Assembly: GCA_045587485.1 (NCBI GenBank)
Contig: JAZNCI010000080.1
Coordinates: 18,336-82,335 of the forward strand
Direction: 5' to 3'
Length of the DNA stretch: 64,000 nucleotides
Source: Clostridia bacterium
Lineage (GTDB): Bacteria > Bacillota > Clostridia > Monoglobales > Monoglobaceae
Shown: positions 47,602-57,637 of the stretch, piece after piece
How positions within the stretch are numbered: position 1 is the stretch's first letter
Layout of the letters: every line of letters starts with the position of its first letter
Notes under the pieces: model-generated
Told to the model about the DNA's origin: nothing
What the model saw: only the letters and a program-made list of their open reading frames with translations
Database searches by the model: none
Made by a program: the position numbers and the translations under genes

Positions 47602-47770
47602 AAAATCATTCCTTATCCTTCTAATCAACACAATATTATACAACTTTTTTTAATGTTTGTCTATGGTTATATGCGTATTTTTTTCAAAAACAAAAACTCC
47701 GCCTGCAACAGGCGGAATTTTTGTATGTAGTGTTTGCTTCGCGACTATCGGAGATGCACGTTTTTCTTAA

Positions 47771-47924
47771 AATAAAAAAGGTGTACGGCAATGCCGTACA
47801 CCGAAAAACGCACTGCCAAGTCGCCAGACAAAATTTAATACATTCAAGCATGCATAAATAAGCAGTACATTTTTGCCTAAAAAGCAAAAAGGCATACTTG
47901 AAAATAATATAAATTTTATCTGGC
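47771..47924 (-). ncRNA. Candidate structured small RNA, copy B (paralog of 14686-14838)
   Basis: Promoter TTTACA (47960-47955), 17 nt, TGTGG-TACAAT (47937-47932). P1 is 47924-47910/47837-47823. The terminator is GGTGTACGGCA-T-TGCCGTACACC (47802-47780) plus a T-run. A second terminator lies at 47716-47698. Confidence 0.55.
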
Positions 47925-47990
47925 AAAAAGTATTGTACCACAATTTGTCACATTTGTAAATAGTAAATTCCCCCTATTATTCTACATTTC

Positions 47991-48019
47991 TTGACAAAAT
48001 ATTGCTTTGCTGATATACT
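47991..48019 (+). promoter_or_regulatory. mscL promoter
   Basis: TTGACA (47991-47996), 17 nt, TATACT (48014-48019). Confidence 0.6.
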
Positions 48020-48052
48020 GATTACAAATTCAAAACGAAGGGTTGTATAAAT

Positions 48053-48481
48053 ATGTGGAAAGAATTTAAAAAGTTTGCTTTTAAGGGCAACGTAATTGAC
48101 ATGGCAGTCGGCGTTATGGTTGGCGGTGCCTTCAGCACAATTGTAAATTCATTGGTTAACGATATGGTTATGCCCGTATTCGGTGCACTTACAGCAGGGA
48201 TGGATTTTAAATCTCTCAAGGTTGTTCTCAGCGAAGCGACCGAGGTTAAGCCCGAGGCAGCAGTTATGTACGGTAACTTTATTCAGAATGTAATAAACTT
48301 TTTAATTATCGCATTTTCAATCTTTATGGTTATTAACACTCTGAACAGATTGAAGAAGAAGGAAGAAACACCTGCTCCCGAGCTACCCAAGGGCCCAACA
48401 CAGGAAGAACTTCTTGCTGAAATTCGTGACCTTTTAAAAGAGTCTGCAACTGTTCCTGCACTTGAGGAAGCAAAAGAGTAA
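48053..48481 (+). CDS. mscL: Large-conductance mechanosensitive channel
   Basis: [27 protein letters not shown] is the canonical MscL N-terminus. Confidence 0.93.
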   Translation: MWKEFKKFAFKGNVIDMAVGVMVGGAFSTIVNSLVNDMVMPVFGALTAGMDFKSLKVVLSEATEVKPEAAVMYGNFIQNVINFLIIAFSIFMVINTLNRLKKKEETPAPELPKGPTQEELLAEIRDLLKESATVPALEEAKE

Positions 48482-48496
48482 AAATGAGATAACTAA

Positions 48497-48535
48497 AGAG
48501 AATGTACAAAATCAACTGTACATTCTCTTTTTTTG
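48497..48535 (+). terminator. mscL terminator
   Basis: AGAGAATGTACA...TGTACATTCTCT stem followed by a T-run. Confidence 0.8.
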
Positions 48536-48597
48536 CATTGGTGACAACTCCTGCGAATATAAATTTCATATATAGGTTTTGAAAGCAGGTTGATAAA

Positions 48598-49185
48598 GTG
48601 CTGAATTATATATGGAGTGGAATGATATTAATATCATTCTTTGTGGCAATTTTTACCGGAAGAATTGATGAAACCACTGCCGCAGCGATGGAGGGCGCAG
48701 GAAATGCAATACAGACGTGCATAGGCTTGCTTGGAGTTATGTGCCTGTGGTCGGGACTAGCAAAGATAGCCGAAAATTCAGGGCTGACATCAGTCTTTGC
48801 AAAACTTTTAGGGCCTGTTACCAAGGTTATTTTTCCAAAATTAAAAAAAGACTCAGCGGCATTAAATGCAATTGTATTAAATATGGTGGCAAATTTGCTT
48901 GGTATGGGCAATGCAGCAACTCCATTGGGGATTGCTGCTATGAAAGAGCTTGACAAAGAAAACCGCCACAGAGGCATGGCAAGCGACGAGATGTGTATGT
49001 TTGTGGTGATAAACACCGCATCAATTCAGATTATTCCCTCGACAGTGATTTCTTTGCGGCAGATGTTCGGGTCAGAAAATCCGTCGGACATTGTGGTTCC
49101 TGTATGGATTTGCAGTATATGTGGTGTAATTATGGGTGTTTTAGCGGCAAAACTTTTTGAGAAAAGAGGTAAAACCCGACTATGA
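48598..49185 (+). CDS. spmA: Spore maturation protein A (nucleoside-recognition/Gate domain)
   Basis: 195 aa, polytopic. MLNYIWSGMI is a SpmA-type N-terminus, and the gene is paired with spmB. Confidence 0.82.
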   Translation: MLNYIWSGMILISFFVAIFTGRIDETTAAAMEGAGNAIQTCIGLLGVMCLWSGLAKIAENSGLTSVFAKLLGPVTKVIFPKLKKDSAALNAIVLNMVANLLGMGNAATPLGIAAMKELDKENRHRGMASDEMCMFVVINTASIQIIPSTVISLRQMFGSENPSDIVVPVWICSICGVIMGVLAAKLFEKRGKTRL

Positions 49186-49706
49186 TGAATATTATTTCTT
49201 CTTTAGCGATACCCATAATGATAGTTGGGATTATAGTATTTGGGTTGGCAAAACGCACAAATGTTTATGACAGCTTTATTGAGGGAGCAAAGTCAGGACT
49301 TGAGAGCACAATTCAAATTGCTGCTCCTCTTGTTGGATTGCTTGTTGGAATTTCTGCACTTCGTGGTTCAGGAGCAATGGAAATTCTGGCAAAATTGCTT
49401 GCCCCTGTGACAAATTCCTTGGGAGTGCCGTCTGAAATACTGCCTCTTGCATTACTACGCCCTGTATCGGGGAGCGGTTCTGTTGCCATAGTAAACGATA
49501 TATTTAAAAACTGCGGTGCAGATTCCTTAGCCGGCAAGATTGCCTCGGTGATGATGGGCTCAACAGAAACCACCTTTTATACTGTTGCGGTATATTTCGG
49601 AGCAGTGGGGATAAAGAATGTGCGACATACTGTCAAGTCGGCATTAATTGCGGATTTAACAGGAATGGTGATGGCGGTTGTTACAGTCAGAATGTTAATG
49701 ACGTAG
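49182..49706 (+). CDS. spmB: Spore maturation protein B
   Basis: 174 aa. It overlaps spmA by 4 nt and resembles the SpmB family. Confidence 0.82.
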   Translation: MMNIISSLAIPIMIVGIIVFGLAKRTNVYDSFIEGAKSGLESTIQIAAPLVGLLVGISALRGSGAMEILAKLLAPVTNSLGVPSEILPLALLRPVSGSGSVAIVNDIFKNCGADSLAGKIASVMMGSTETTFYTVAVYFGAVGIKNVRHTVKSALIADLTGMVMAVVTVRMLMT

Positions 49707-49780
49707 CAAAAAAATGTTGCACAGGGACATATTATATGATAAAATAAAAAGCATTACAAAAGAAAGGCGGTAATTGTGCA

Positions 49781-50398
49781 ATGAAGGAAAGCTACAAAAC
49801 GGTCAGCCATATAGCAACTGATGAGATAGTTGAAAAGCGGTCAAGATTTATTGCCGATGTAAAGCCGGTTGAAACCGAGGAAGAGGCGGTTGCCTTTCTT
49901 GAAGAAATAAAGAAAAAATACTGGGATGCAAGGCATCATGTTTATGCATATGTGTTGGAAGAAAACAATATTCAGCGTTACAGCGATGATGGCGAGCCGG
50001 CAGGTACGGCAGGTGTTCCTGTTTTGGATATGATAAAAAAAGAAGGATTAAGCAATATTATTGTGGTTGTGACAAGATATTTTGGCGGGATTCTGCTTGG
50101 AACAGGCGGTCTTGTTCACGCGTATTCAAAGTCTGCAAAGGTGGGCGTCGAAGCGGCACAGCCCGTAACAAAAACTCTTTGTTGCGAAATAACGATAGAG
50201 TGTGATTATTCTCTTCTTGGCAAAATTCAAAGCGAGGTTTGTGCAAAGGGCTATGAAATCTGCGGCACCGATTATGCCGAAAATGTTAAAATCTCAGCAC
50301 ACGTAGCAGTTTCGGAGGTTTCGGGGTTTGAGGAAGATATAATTGACAAAACAAACGGACGCATCAGTATTAAACGGGGGAAAATCGGGTACTACTAA
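49781..50398 (+). CDS. yigZ: IMPACT/YigZ family protein
   Basis: EKRSRFIA...ARHHVYAY...DDGEPAGTAG motifs. Confidence 0.85.
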   Translation: MKESYKTVSHIATDEIVEKRSRFIADVKPVETEEEAVAFLEEIKKKYWDARHHVYAYVLEENNIQRYSDDGEPAGTAGVPVLDMIKKEGLSNIIVVVTRYFGGILLGTGGLVHAYSKSAKVGVEAAQPVTKTLCCEITIECDYSLLGKIQSEVCAKGYEICGTDYAENVKISAHVAVSEVSGFEEDIIDKTNGRISIKRGKIGYY

Positions 50399-50595
50399 AT
50401 ATAGTGGTGTAAAACTTGACAAAACGGAAAATGTTTGAAAAAATCTCTTTCAGGGATTGATTTTATTTAAATTTTGTGGTAGAATATTAAATTGGAAGAA
50501 AATAAAAATTCTTTTGACCGAGATTACATCTTTTTAGGCGATTTCGGATAACTACGGTCAGGCTAACTAAAGAAAAGTCTTTGGGTGGGTGAAAA

Positions 50596-51885
50596 ATGGA
50601 GAAATATGTTATACTCGGCGGTGCAAGGCTTGAGGGCGAGGTTGAAATCAGCGGTGCAAAAAATTCTGCAGTTGCACTGATTGTGGCGGCGCTTATGGTT
50701 AAGGATGTATGTGTTATTGAAAATGTTCCGTCGGTAAGTGATATATATGTTCTTATAAATATAATAAACCAGCTTGGTGGTCATGCTGAGTTTATCGATA
50801 AGGGTGTTCTCAAGATTGACAGCAAAAATCTTGATTGCTATGAGGCGCCTTATGAAATGGTCAGTAAAATAAGGGCGTCATCATATCTTATGGGTGCTCT
50901 TTTGGGCAGATTTGGCAAAGCAAGGGTTGCTATGCCCGGTGGCTGTGATTTTGGCGTAAGACCCATTGACCTTCACCTTAAGGGTTTTGTGGCTCTTGGT
51001 GCTGAATGCTCGGTTGAGGCAGGCGGAATTGTGGATATTCGCTCCGAAGGTCTCAGTGGCGCAAGTATTTATATGGATAAGGTGTCCGTTGGAGCTACTA
51101 TAAACGTTATGCTGGCGGCGTCTATGGCTGATGGGCAGACTATAATTGAAAATGCGGCAAAAGAGCCTCACATAGTTGATGTTGCTAACTTTCTTAACAG
51201 TATGGGTGCCAACATTAAGGGTGCGGGTACTGATGTAATTAAAATCAAGGGTGTTGCTGAGCTTCACGGCGGTACTTATACCGTAATTCCCGATCAGATT
51301 GAAGCAGGAACCTTTATGATAGCGGCTGCTGCTACAGGTGGCGATGTTATTATCAAGAATATAATCCCCAAGCATCTCGATTCTATTTCGGCAAAGCTTC
51401 TTGAAATGGGCGTTGAGATTGAGGAATATGATGACAGTTTAAGGGTCAGAGCTGCGGCAAAGCTCAAAAAAGCGAATATTACAACAATGCCACATCCCGG
51501 ATTTCCTACGGATATTCAGCCACAGATGCTTATACTGCTTACCGGAGCAGAGGGTACGAGTATTGTTACTGAAAATGTATGGGATAACAGATTTAAATAT
51601 GTTGAAGAACTACGCAGAATGGGCGCAAATGTGTCGGTTGACGGCAGAATTGCGGTTGTCGAGGGCGGCGGAAGACTCACAGGCTCGCCAGTTTCTTCAA
51701 CAGACTTAAGAGCAGGTGCGGCGTTGGTTATTGCGGGTCTTATGGCTGATGGTGTAACCGAGGTGTATAATTTAAAATACATTGACCGTGGCTATGAAGA
51801 GTTTGAGAAGAAGCTTCGTGGCTTGGGGGCACAGATAACACGACGTGTTGACGGAGAAAAGGGCAAAGCCGACATTATTGCGTAA
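50596..51885 (+). CDS. murA: UDP-N-acetylglucosamine 1-carboxyvinyltransferase
   Basis: 429 aa. ISGAKNSAVAL...PGGCDFGVRPIDLH includes the catalytic Cys. Confidence 0.93.
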   Translation: MEKYVILGGARLEGEVEISGAKNSAVALIVAALMVKDVCVIENVPSVSDIYVLINIINQLGGHAEFIDKGVLKIDSKNLDCYEAPYEMVSKIRASSYLMGALLGRFGKARVAMPGGCDFGVRPIDLHLKGFVALGAECSVEAGGIVDIRSEGLSGASIYMDKVSVGATINVMLAASMADGQTIIENAAKEPHIVDVANFLNSMGANIKGAGTDVIKIKGVAELHGGTYTVIPDQIEAGTFMIAAAATGGDVIIKNIIPKHLDSISAKLLEMGVEIEEYDDSLRVRAAAKLKKANITTMPHPGFPTDIQPQMLILLTGAEGTSIVTENVWDNRFKYVEELRRMGANVSVDGRIAVVEGGGRLTGSPVSSTDLRAGAALVIAGLMADGVTEVYNLKYIDRGYEEFEKKLRGLGAQITRRVDGEKGKADIIA

Positions 51886-51955
51886 ATAAAAGAGATCCGC
51901 ATCAAAGAAATTTGGTGCGGTTTTTACATATGAAATTGAACATGGAGGATATTTT

Positions 51956-52759
51956 GTGGCAGAAATAAAGATGTGCTCCTTAAGGAGCAGCAGTAAGGGA
52001 AATGCAACAATTGTATACAGTGATACCACCAAAATTCTGGTTGATTGCGGAATAAGCGGAAAAGTTTTGTGTGATGCAATGTGTCAGGCAGGGCTGCCTC
52101 CTGAAGAGATTGACGCAATGCTTATAACCCATGAGCACAGCGACCACACAAAAGGAGTGGGTGTTGTTGCAAGGAAATATAATATTCCCGTTTTTGCTAC
52201 CTATGGTACGTGGTCTGCCATGCAAAAGTTAGTGGGGGAAATTCCCCGCGGTTGCCGACGGGTTTTTGACAGAAAAATATCTTTTAAAATAGGTGATATA
52301 ACAGTTAATGCCTTTGAGATTCCTCATGATGCCGCCGAGCCAGTAGGATATAGCTTTGAATGTGATGGTTATAAGGCTGCGGTTGCAACAGATATTGGTT
52401 TTATGTCGGATGAACTCTTTGAAAAAATCAAAGGTAGCCATACAGTCCTGCTTGAATCAAACTATGATTTGTTTATGCTGGATGCAGGTACATATCCATA
52501 CGAGCTTAAATTCCGAATAAAAAGCGACAAGGGTCATCTTTGCAACGACGATGCCGCGCTAACTGCACGGGATTTGGTAAAGACCGGAACAAAAAAGATA
52601 ATTTTGGGACACATAAGCCCTGAGAATAATTATCCTGATTTGGCATTTGAAACTACCAGACTGTGCCTTGCAGGCAACGGAATTACGGTTGGCAAGGATG
52701 TGGAGCTTTATGTGGCAAAAAAGGATGACGTGGTTATGCCTGAAGAGATATATAAATAA
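51956..52759 (+). CDS. MBL-fold metallo-hydrolase (YycJ/WalJ-like)
   Basis: ITHEHSDHTKG motif. GTG start 7 nt after GGAGGA. Confidence 0.8.
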   Translation: MAEIKMCSLRSSSKGNATIVYSDTTKILVDCGISGKVLCDAMCQAGLPPEEIDAMLITHEHSDHTKGVGVVARKYNIPVFATYGTWSAMQKLVGEIPRGCRRVFDRKISFKIGDITVNAFEIPHDAAEPVGYSFECDGYKAAVATDIGFMSDELFEKIKGSHTVLLESNYDLFMLDAGTYPYELKFRIKSDKGHLCNDDAALTARDLVKTGTKKIILGHISPENNYPDLAFETTRLCLAGNGITVGKDVELYVAKKDDVVMPEEIYK

Positions 52760-52825
52760 AGGAATGTAAAAAAGCAACATTCAACGGTTTTGATACCGCA
52801 AAAACTTTTTTACATTCCTATTTTA

Positions 52826-54379
52826 TTATTTGAAAATATAAATTCTGTTTCCGGGCTTTATACATTCAGCTTCGTTGCCGTTAGCTGCCAGAATAGCTTT
52901 GGGCGTGGTGCGGTATCGCTTGGCAATATTCCAAAGCGTATCGCCCCGCTGTACAAAATATACAACCATAGAGGGTACGCATGGTGCAGGGGCATCCTTG
53001 TCATAATCAATCGCCGACACATATTTGCAGTTATCTGAATTAACTGCTTTAAGACTCAGGGCAATAACCGAACGTATTTCAATATTGCGGGCATCTGATA
53101 TTGTATAACTAAGATGTTCAAGCTCTGCTTTGGCATCACAGATTGATGTTTCGCGGATATCCGCAATTTCAAAGGTGTGGCTGAAAGGCAAAACGTGGCT
53201 GAAGCCGGACAAAGGAGTATCCTTATCGGTTGTCAGAAAAACAGGATTACAGGTCATAAATCCGGAAACAGTTACGGCGCCTTTTTCTGCCACAACATTT
53301 TCGATGCTGGGAATACCGCTGCAATCGCATATCTGGTGTATATCGGGCAGATAGTCGGGCACACAGATAGTTTCTCTTTGTGAAACGTTGGTTTGAGTGG
53401 CTTCGATTAGCTGTTCCATAGGGCATTCGTCAGTTTCAATGGCAAGCTCACATTTAAGCCCGTATGCATCGCATATTGCATCACACTCTACAATTTCAGT
53501 GGCTTTAAGACAGGCTCCAACGGTTATCTCTGCGTTTAATATACGTTTGTCACCGTCGCCGTCACGACCGATTTCGCTGTTAATATTTTTGATAACATAA
53601 TCAATCTCGCCGGACATATTTTCGCCAACACCGTCAACCTCAAGAATTTCAGTAAAGGGGACACAGTGTTCCATACACTGTATTGTGCTATCCTCTGCGT
53701 TGTCGCAGTACATAGTGCATACTTTTAATTCACCTTTGACGATTGTCTTGCCTTCAAGCAGCTTAATTTCAACAGGAGTTGGCTTGGCAGAAATTTTAAG
53801 AATTTCGCCTATGTCGGGTTTTCCTGCCGGAACCTCAAGACGTTCACGAATTATAATATCGCGTTCTGCATCACAGCACGAATTGCATATTTTGAGATGC
53901 TGCAAATTGGTTTGCACACTTTCATCGCCTTCAATGGCGGTTGCAATGTCAACTTCAGATGCGGTTGACACTTTGATATTAATACCGATTTTGTTACGAA
54001 TGTTCAGCTTGCGGCTGTTCACAAGTGTAAATTCCGGAGTATCACATTCTGCTTCGGCAACAAGACTCATACCGGGTTTTACTCCCTTAACGTCGATTGT
54101 GTGGTTAAAGTCATGAGTACAGCTTATAGACTTTACCGAGCCCAGAACATTGCCATCAGGAATATAAATAATATCCAACCTGATTATACCCTGAATAAAA
54201 ACCTTGTCTGTCTGCAGGGTTTTTTGGGTAATAAATGCGTCAGAACTCACCCGAAGAACCTTGAGCACATCGGGCTTAACATCAGGAACAATGATATCGC
54301 ATTCTGCGGTGGTCTGACAGTATCGGGAGCAAACAACCCGTGTAAGGCACAGATGCTCCTTTTTCAGCTTAACAGACAT
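52826..54379 (-). CDS. SPOCS (DUF3794) repeat protein with C-terminal LysM, SpoVID-like
   Basis: It starts MSVKLKKEHL at ATG 54379, after GAGGT. IVPDVKPDVLKVL is typical of DUF3794. The C-terminal YFVQRGDTLWNIAKRY...KPGNRIYI is a LysM domain. Confidence 0.75.
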   Translation of the reverse strand: MSVKLKKEHLCLTRVVCSRYCQTTAECDIIVPDVKPDVLKVLRVSSDAFITQKTLQTDKVFIQGIIRLDIIYIPDGNVLGSVKSISCTHDFNHTIDVKGVKPGMSLVAEAECDTPEFTLVNSRKLNIRNKIGINIKVSTASEVDIATAIEGDESVQTNLQHLKICNSCCDAERDIIIRERLEVPAGKPDIGEILKISAKPTPVEIKLLEGKTIVKGELKVCTMYCDNAEDSTIQCMEHCVPFTEILEVDGVGENMSGEIDYVIKNINSEIGRDGDGDKRILNAEITVGACLKATEIVECDAICDAYGLKCELAIETDECPMEQLIEATQTNVSQRETICVPDYLPDIHQICDCSGIPSIENVVAEKGAVTVSGFMTCNPVFLTTDKDTPLSGFSHVLPFSHTFEIADIRETSICDAKAELEHLSYTISDARNIEIRSVIALSLKAVNSDNCKYVSAIDYDKDAPAPCVPSMVVYFVQRGDTLWNIAKRYRTTPKAILAANGNEAECIKPGNRIYIFK

Positions 54380-54444
54380 TTTTCTATACCTCATTTCACA
54401 AAAAGTTTTTGTATATTACTATGTGAGTTTTAGCTAAGATATGC

Positions 54445-54894
54445 CTAAAATGCAAAATCACCAAAGTCAATATATTCTCCAAGCAGAACATAAATCAGAG
54501 CCAAAACCATCAAGGGATTGTCCTCCTCGCTGCTTTCAAGAAACAAAAAAATCAGAGCAATAAGAAGCAAATCCTCAGATGACAAAAAACCCAGAATTTT
54601 TTTTGTTTCAGGATTATAGATGTGTTGGGGTATCATCCCTAACAGGGGACCATAGGGTGGCTTGTTGGTGCTCTTTTGCGATTTTTTAATCGGGGTAAAG
54701 ACAGAAGATGCACTTGCTGTATGTTCAGGCAGCTGAACCGGCGTATTTTGCTGTGGCCGAGCTTGTGCTTTAGGTGCAGAAGGAGCTCTTTTCTGTGTGT
54801 CAGGGAAAGTGTTGGCTGATTTTTGCACCGAATCATGGGGCTTTTGCGGCTGGGTATGGTGAGCGGTATTGTAACGTCTGTATATTTTACACAC
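54445..54894 (-). CDS. Hypothetical protein (Pro/Gln-rich N-terminus, hydrophobic acidic C-terminus)
   Basis: It is in an operon with neighbouring minus-strand genes and overlaps the upstream gene by 8 nt. I recognise no family. Confidence 0.5.
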   Translation of the reverse strand: MCKIYRRYNTAHHTQPQKPHDSVQKSANTFPDTQKRAPSAPKAQARPQQNTPVQLPEHTASASSVFTPIKKSQKSTNKPPYGPLLGMIPQHIYNPETKKILGFLSSEDLLLIALIFLFLESSEEDNPLMVLALIYVLLGEYIDFGDFAF

Positions 54895-55270
54895 CTCCCT
54901 TTTCTTTGGCTTTAAAGGCTTTCAAAATAGAGGTCAGTTTAATTAGCTTTGATGCCTGTTCAAGTTTTTTCTGACGGCTTTTGGTAAGAAACGGTTTAAG
55001 AGAGAGAAGGAAGGCGGTTTTTGAATTATCCTCTTCTGAATTAAGAGCCCGCATAATGCCCGATATTTTTGAAAGAGTTTCAAAATCAAAACCATTTCCG
55101 AAGGTTGATAGTGATTCAGGCAAAGCACTGCCGTGGTTTACACTATCGGTTTCCTCTGTGGAGGTAGAGAGCATGCCAAGAAGATTTTGTATCTGATTTT
55201 GTCCGTCATCGGATGCAAGCATTTCCTGAATCTTTTCAAATGCTGCTGAGAAATCGGGAGTTTCGTCCAT
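54887..55270 (-). CDS. Hypothetical protein
   Basis: 127 aa. It appears translationally coupled to the downstream ORF. I recognise no family. Confidence 0.5.
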   Translation of the reverse strand: MDETPDFSAAFEKIQEMLASDDGQNQIQNLLGMLSTSTEETDSVNHGSALPESLSTFGNGFDFETLSKISGIMRALNSEEDNSKTAFLLSLKPFLTKSRQKKLEQASKLIKLTSILKAFKAKEKGGV

Positions 55271-55292
55271 TTTGCCGTTCCTCCTTCAAAAA

Positions 55293-55562
55293 TTATTTTT
55301 TTCTGACTATTTGACTAAGCTTTTCCATCAGCAGTGGATTTTGCGAAAGCTGTTTTGCTAATGCTGGATTATTTTGCAATTCCTTGCTAAGCTGGTCGGC
55401 ATTAAGACCTTTCAATTGTTCAGCGACATTTCCCAAGCTCATTGATTTAATAGCGGTTTCGGCCTGTTTAAGCTGTTCGGGCGAGAGTGTTCCGCTAAGC
55501 TGTTTAAGCCCCTGTGCAAGCATCTGGGGTGACATTTTTGAAATCATATCCTGAATATTCAT
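55293..55562 (-). CDS. Hypothetical helical protein
   Basis: It starts MNIQDMISKM at ATG 55562, after AAAGGAG. It is Gln/Leu/Lys-rich with an internal repetitive pattern. Confidence 0.5.
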   Translation of the reverse strand: MNIQDMISKMSPQMLAQGLKQLSGTLSPEQLKQAETAIKSMSLGNVAEQLKGLNADQLSKELQNNPALAKQLSQNPLLMEKLSQIVRKK

Positions 55563-55684
55563 AAAGGTTTGTGCTCCTTTCAAAAAATCTTTTATTCCAT
55601 TAAACAGTATATGTCAATAAAACAAAATAGTGACAAAAACTTTTATTTATGATAAGATACATTTATGAAAGGCTGTGAAATATT

Positions 55685-56143
55685 ATGAAAGCAATTATAT
55701 TCAGTGATTCTCACCGCAGCTTTAATCCTATGGTGAAGGCAATAGAGAAGGAAGGCAAGGTTGATTTGATTATTCACGCAGGCGATGTTGTGGGTGATGC
55801 TGAGGATTTGCATATAATGCATCCAAGACAGGCGGTTGCTTATGTTAAAGGCAATAATGACTGGTGGGACAATTCTGCGCCTGAGGATAGATTTTTTGAA
55901 TTTGACGGAGTGAAAATATTCTTGACTCACGGACATAATTACGGTGTGAAATACTCTCTTTCAAAGTTGATTCAAAAGGGCAAAAAAATGGGCGCGGATA
56001 TTTGCATCTTCGGACACACACATATATCACACAATGAAATGCACGAAGGAATTACGTTATTTAATCCAGGGAGTGCAACCAAGAATTATGGTGTTCTTGA
56101 TACAGATAAAGGGAGTTTTATCTTAAAAATCTGCGATATATAA
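55685..56143 (+). CDS. YfcE/MJ0936-family metallophosphoesterase
   Basis: Motifs: IIFSDSH, HAGD, GNND, LTHGH, GHTH. Confidence 0.85.
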   Translation: MKAIIFSDSHRSFNPMVKAIEKEGKVDLIIHAGDVVGDAEDLHIMHPRQAVAYVKGNNDWWDNSAPEDRFFEFDGVKIFLTHGHNYGVKYSLSKLIQKGKKMGADICIFGHTHISHNEMHEGITLFNPGSATKNYGVLDTDKGSFILKICDI

Positions 56144-56242
56144 TCATTATAAAAAATATTTTAAAAAAAGTGTTGACAAGCTACTGTATTTATGGTATCA
56201 TAGTTTTTGCTGGTCGCAAGAACAGCAAATTATATATGGTAA

Positions 56243-56318
56243 GCTGGTGTAGCTCAATTGGCAGAGCAGCTGATTTGTAATCAGCAGGTTGCGGGTTCGA
56301 GTCCCATCACCAGCTCCA
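56243..56318 (+). tRNA. tRNA-Thr (anticodon TGT)
   Basis: Acceptor GCTGGTG/CACCAGC, anticodon arm GCTGA-TTTGTAA-TCAGC, CCA encoded. Promoter TTGACA-17-TATCAT at 56173-56201. Confidence 0.9.
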
Positions 56319-56325
56319 GTTATTT

Positions 56326-56410
56326 GGAGGGGTTCCCGAGTGGCCAAAGGGGGCAGACTGTAAATCTGTTGCGTCTCGCTTCGATGGTTCGAATCCATCT
56401 CCCTCCACCA
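56326..56410 (+). tRNA. tRNA-Tyr (anticodon GTA), class II with a long variable arm
   Basis: GGAGGGG...CCCTCC acceptor, anticodon loop CTGTAAA, T-loop GGTTCGAATCC, CCA encoded. A terminator lies at 56411-56441. Confidence 0.9.
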
Positions 56411-56578
56411 GAAAAAAGCACTTCTTCGGAAGTGCTTTTTTCAATGAAATTTGTCTTCGGCAAGTGAAATACACTACGTGGATGAAATATTGCTTCGAAA
56501 TATGAAATATGCCTTGCAGCAACGAAATTTATATCATTAGTTCAAGGTAGACACAGATAAATACGTCGCAACAAGCTG

Positions 56579-57517
56579 CTATTGTTCCATTGTATTAAGT
56601 TCAATAAACTTCTGGCATGCTGTTGATAGATAGTGGTTACTCTTTCGATAGAAAAAAATTTTTCTTGTTACTTCTTTGTCAGCGAGCTTATAATAATATA
56701 GCTGTTTTTCAGTGTCCGTGTATTTTATTAAAGTATCGCTTACAAAGGATACGCCTGCACCTGTACGGGAAATGTTGTATGCGGTAACTTGTTGATCAAG
56801 AAAAAATATGGTCTTTGGTCTTAGGTTATGTTTTTTGAAAAGGATATTTGCACGCTTGCCGGTATCATTTTCCGGATTAAGTAAAATAAAAGAGCAGTCG
56901 CAAAATTGCTTAAGGTCTACGTTGTATTTATCTGACAGATGTTTTTCTGATTTAATATCTTTTGCACTTAAACGATATTTTGCCAATTTGTCATTGATGG
57001 GTAAATCACGAGGAACAGCCAAAATAAGATTTTCTGTTTTATATACAGTTGATTTTATTGCAGCATTATCTATGACAGCGTTGTCAATTATTATATCAAT
57101 GGTGCCAAGACTGAGTTTTTCCATAAGGTTTTTTGTACTATCTTCGACAATTTCAAAAGTGACATCAGGGTAAATACTATTAAAGTTAGATATCATAAAG
57201 GGGAGCAGAAAAGATGCAAACAGACTGCTGCCACCTATTTTGACAGAACCACAAACCCTATTGGTGAAATCTGATATATATCTTTCAAAACTATATTCTT
57301 TTTCTTTGATTTCAAGAGCATAGCGTATATATTCCCGACCTGCTTCAGTCAAAGAAATGGGAGAAGTCGAACGATCAAATAGAGGCAAGGAAATTCGGTC
57401 TTCTATTCTTTTGACAGAAGCGCTAAGTGATGGTTGGGAAACATAGAGTCGTTGTGCCGCTTTGGAAAAACTACCTTCTTCATAGATAGCAATGATATAA
57501 TGCTTATTAGTAAACAT
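56579..57517 (-). CDS. LysR-family transcriptional regulator
   Basis: FSKAAQRLYVSQPSLSASVKRIE is the HTH. ATG 57517 follows GAGGTGG. It is divergent from aspA. Confidence 0.88.
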   Translation of the reverse strand: MFTNKHYIIAIYEEGSFSKAAQRLYVSQPSLSASVKRIEDRISLPLFDRSTSPISLTEAGREYIRYALEIKEKEYSFERYISDFTNRVCGSVKIGGSSLFASFLLPFMISNFNSIYPDVTFEIVEDSTKNLMEKLSLGTIDIIIDNAVIDNAAIKSTVYKTENLILAVPRDLPINDKLAKYRLSAKDIKSEKHLSDKYNVDLKQFCDCSFILLNPENDTGKRANILFKKHNLRPKTIFFLDQQVTAYNISRTGAGVSFVSDTLIKYTDTEKQLYYYKLADKEVTRKIFFYRKSNHYLSTACQKFIELNTMEQ

Positions 57518-57637
57518 AAAGCCCACCTCATATAACTTTCGAATTATATATAATATATTTTAATATGTATTTGATTATATAACAAAATTGGTATAAAATC
57601 AAGAGCAGAAAAAATAATTTTAGGTGAGGTAATTACA

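Noticed and set aside
47684-47941. 85-aa minus-strand ORF covering sRNA copy B
   Set aside because: It reads through two intrinsic terminators and has no RBS. Its resemblance to ORF 14755..14955 (LAT..CVFRC) is a by-product of nucleotide conservation. Substitutions between the copies preserve base pairing, not codons.
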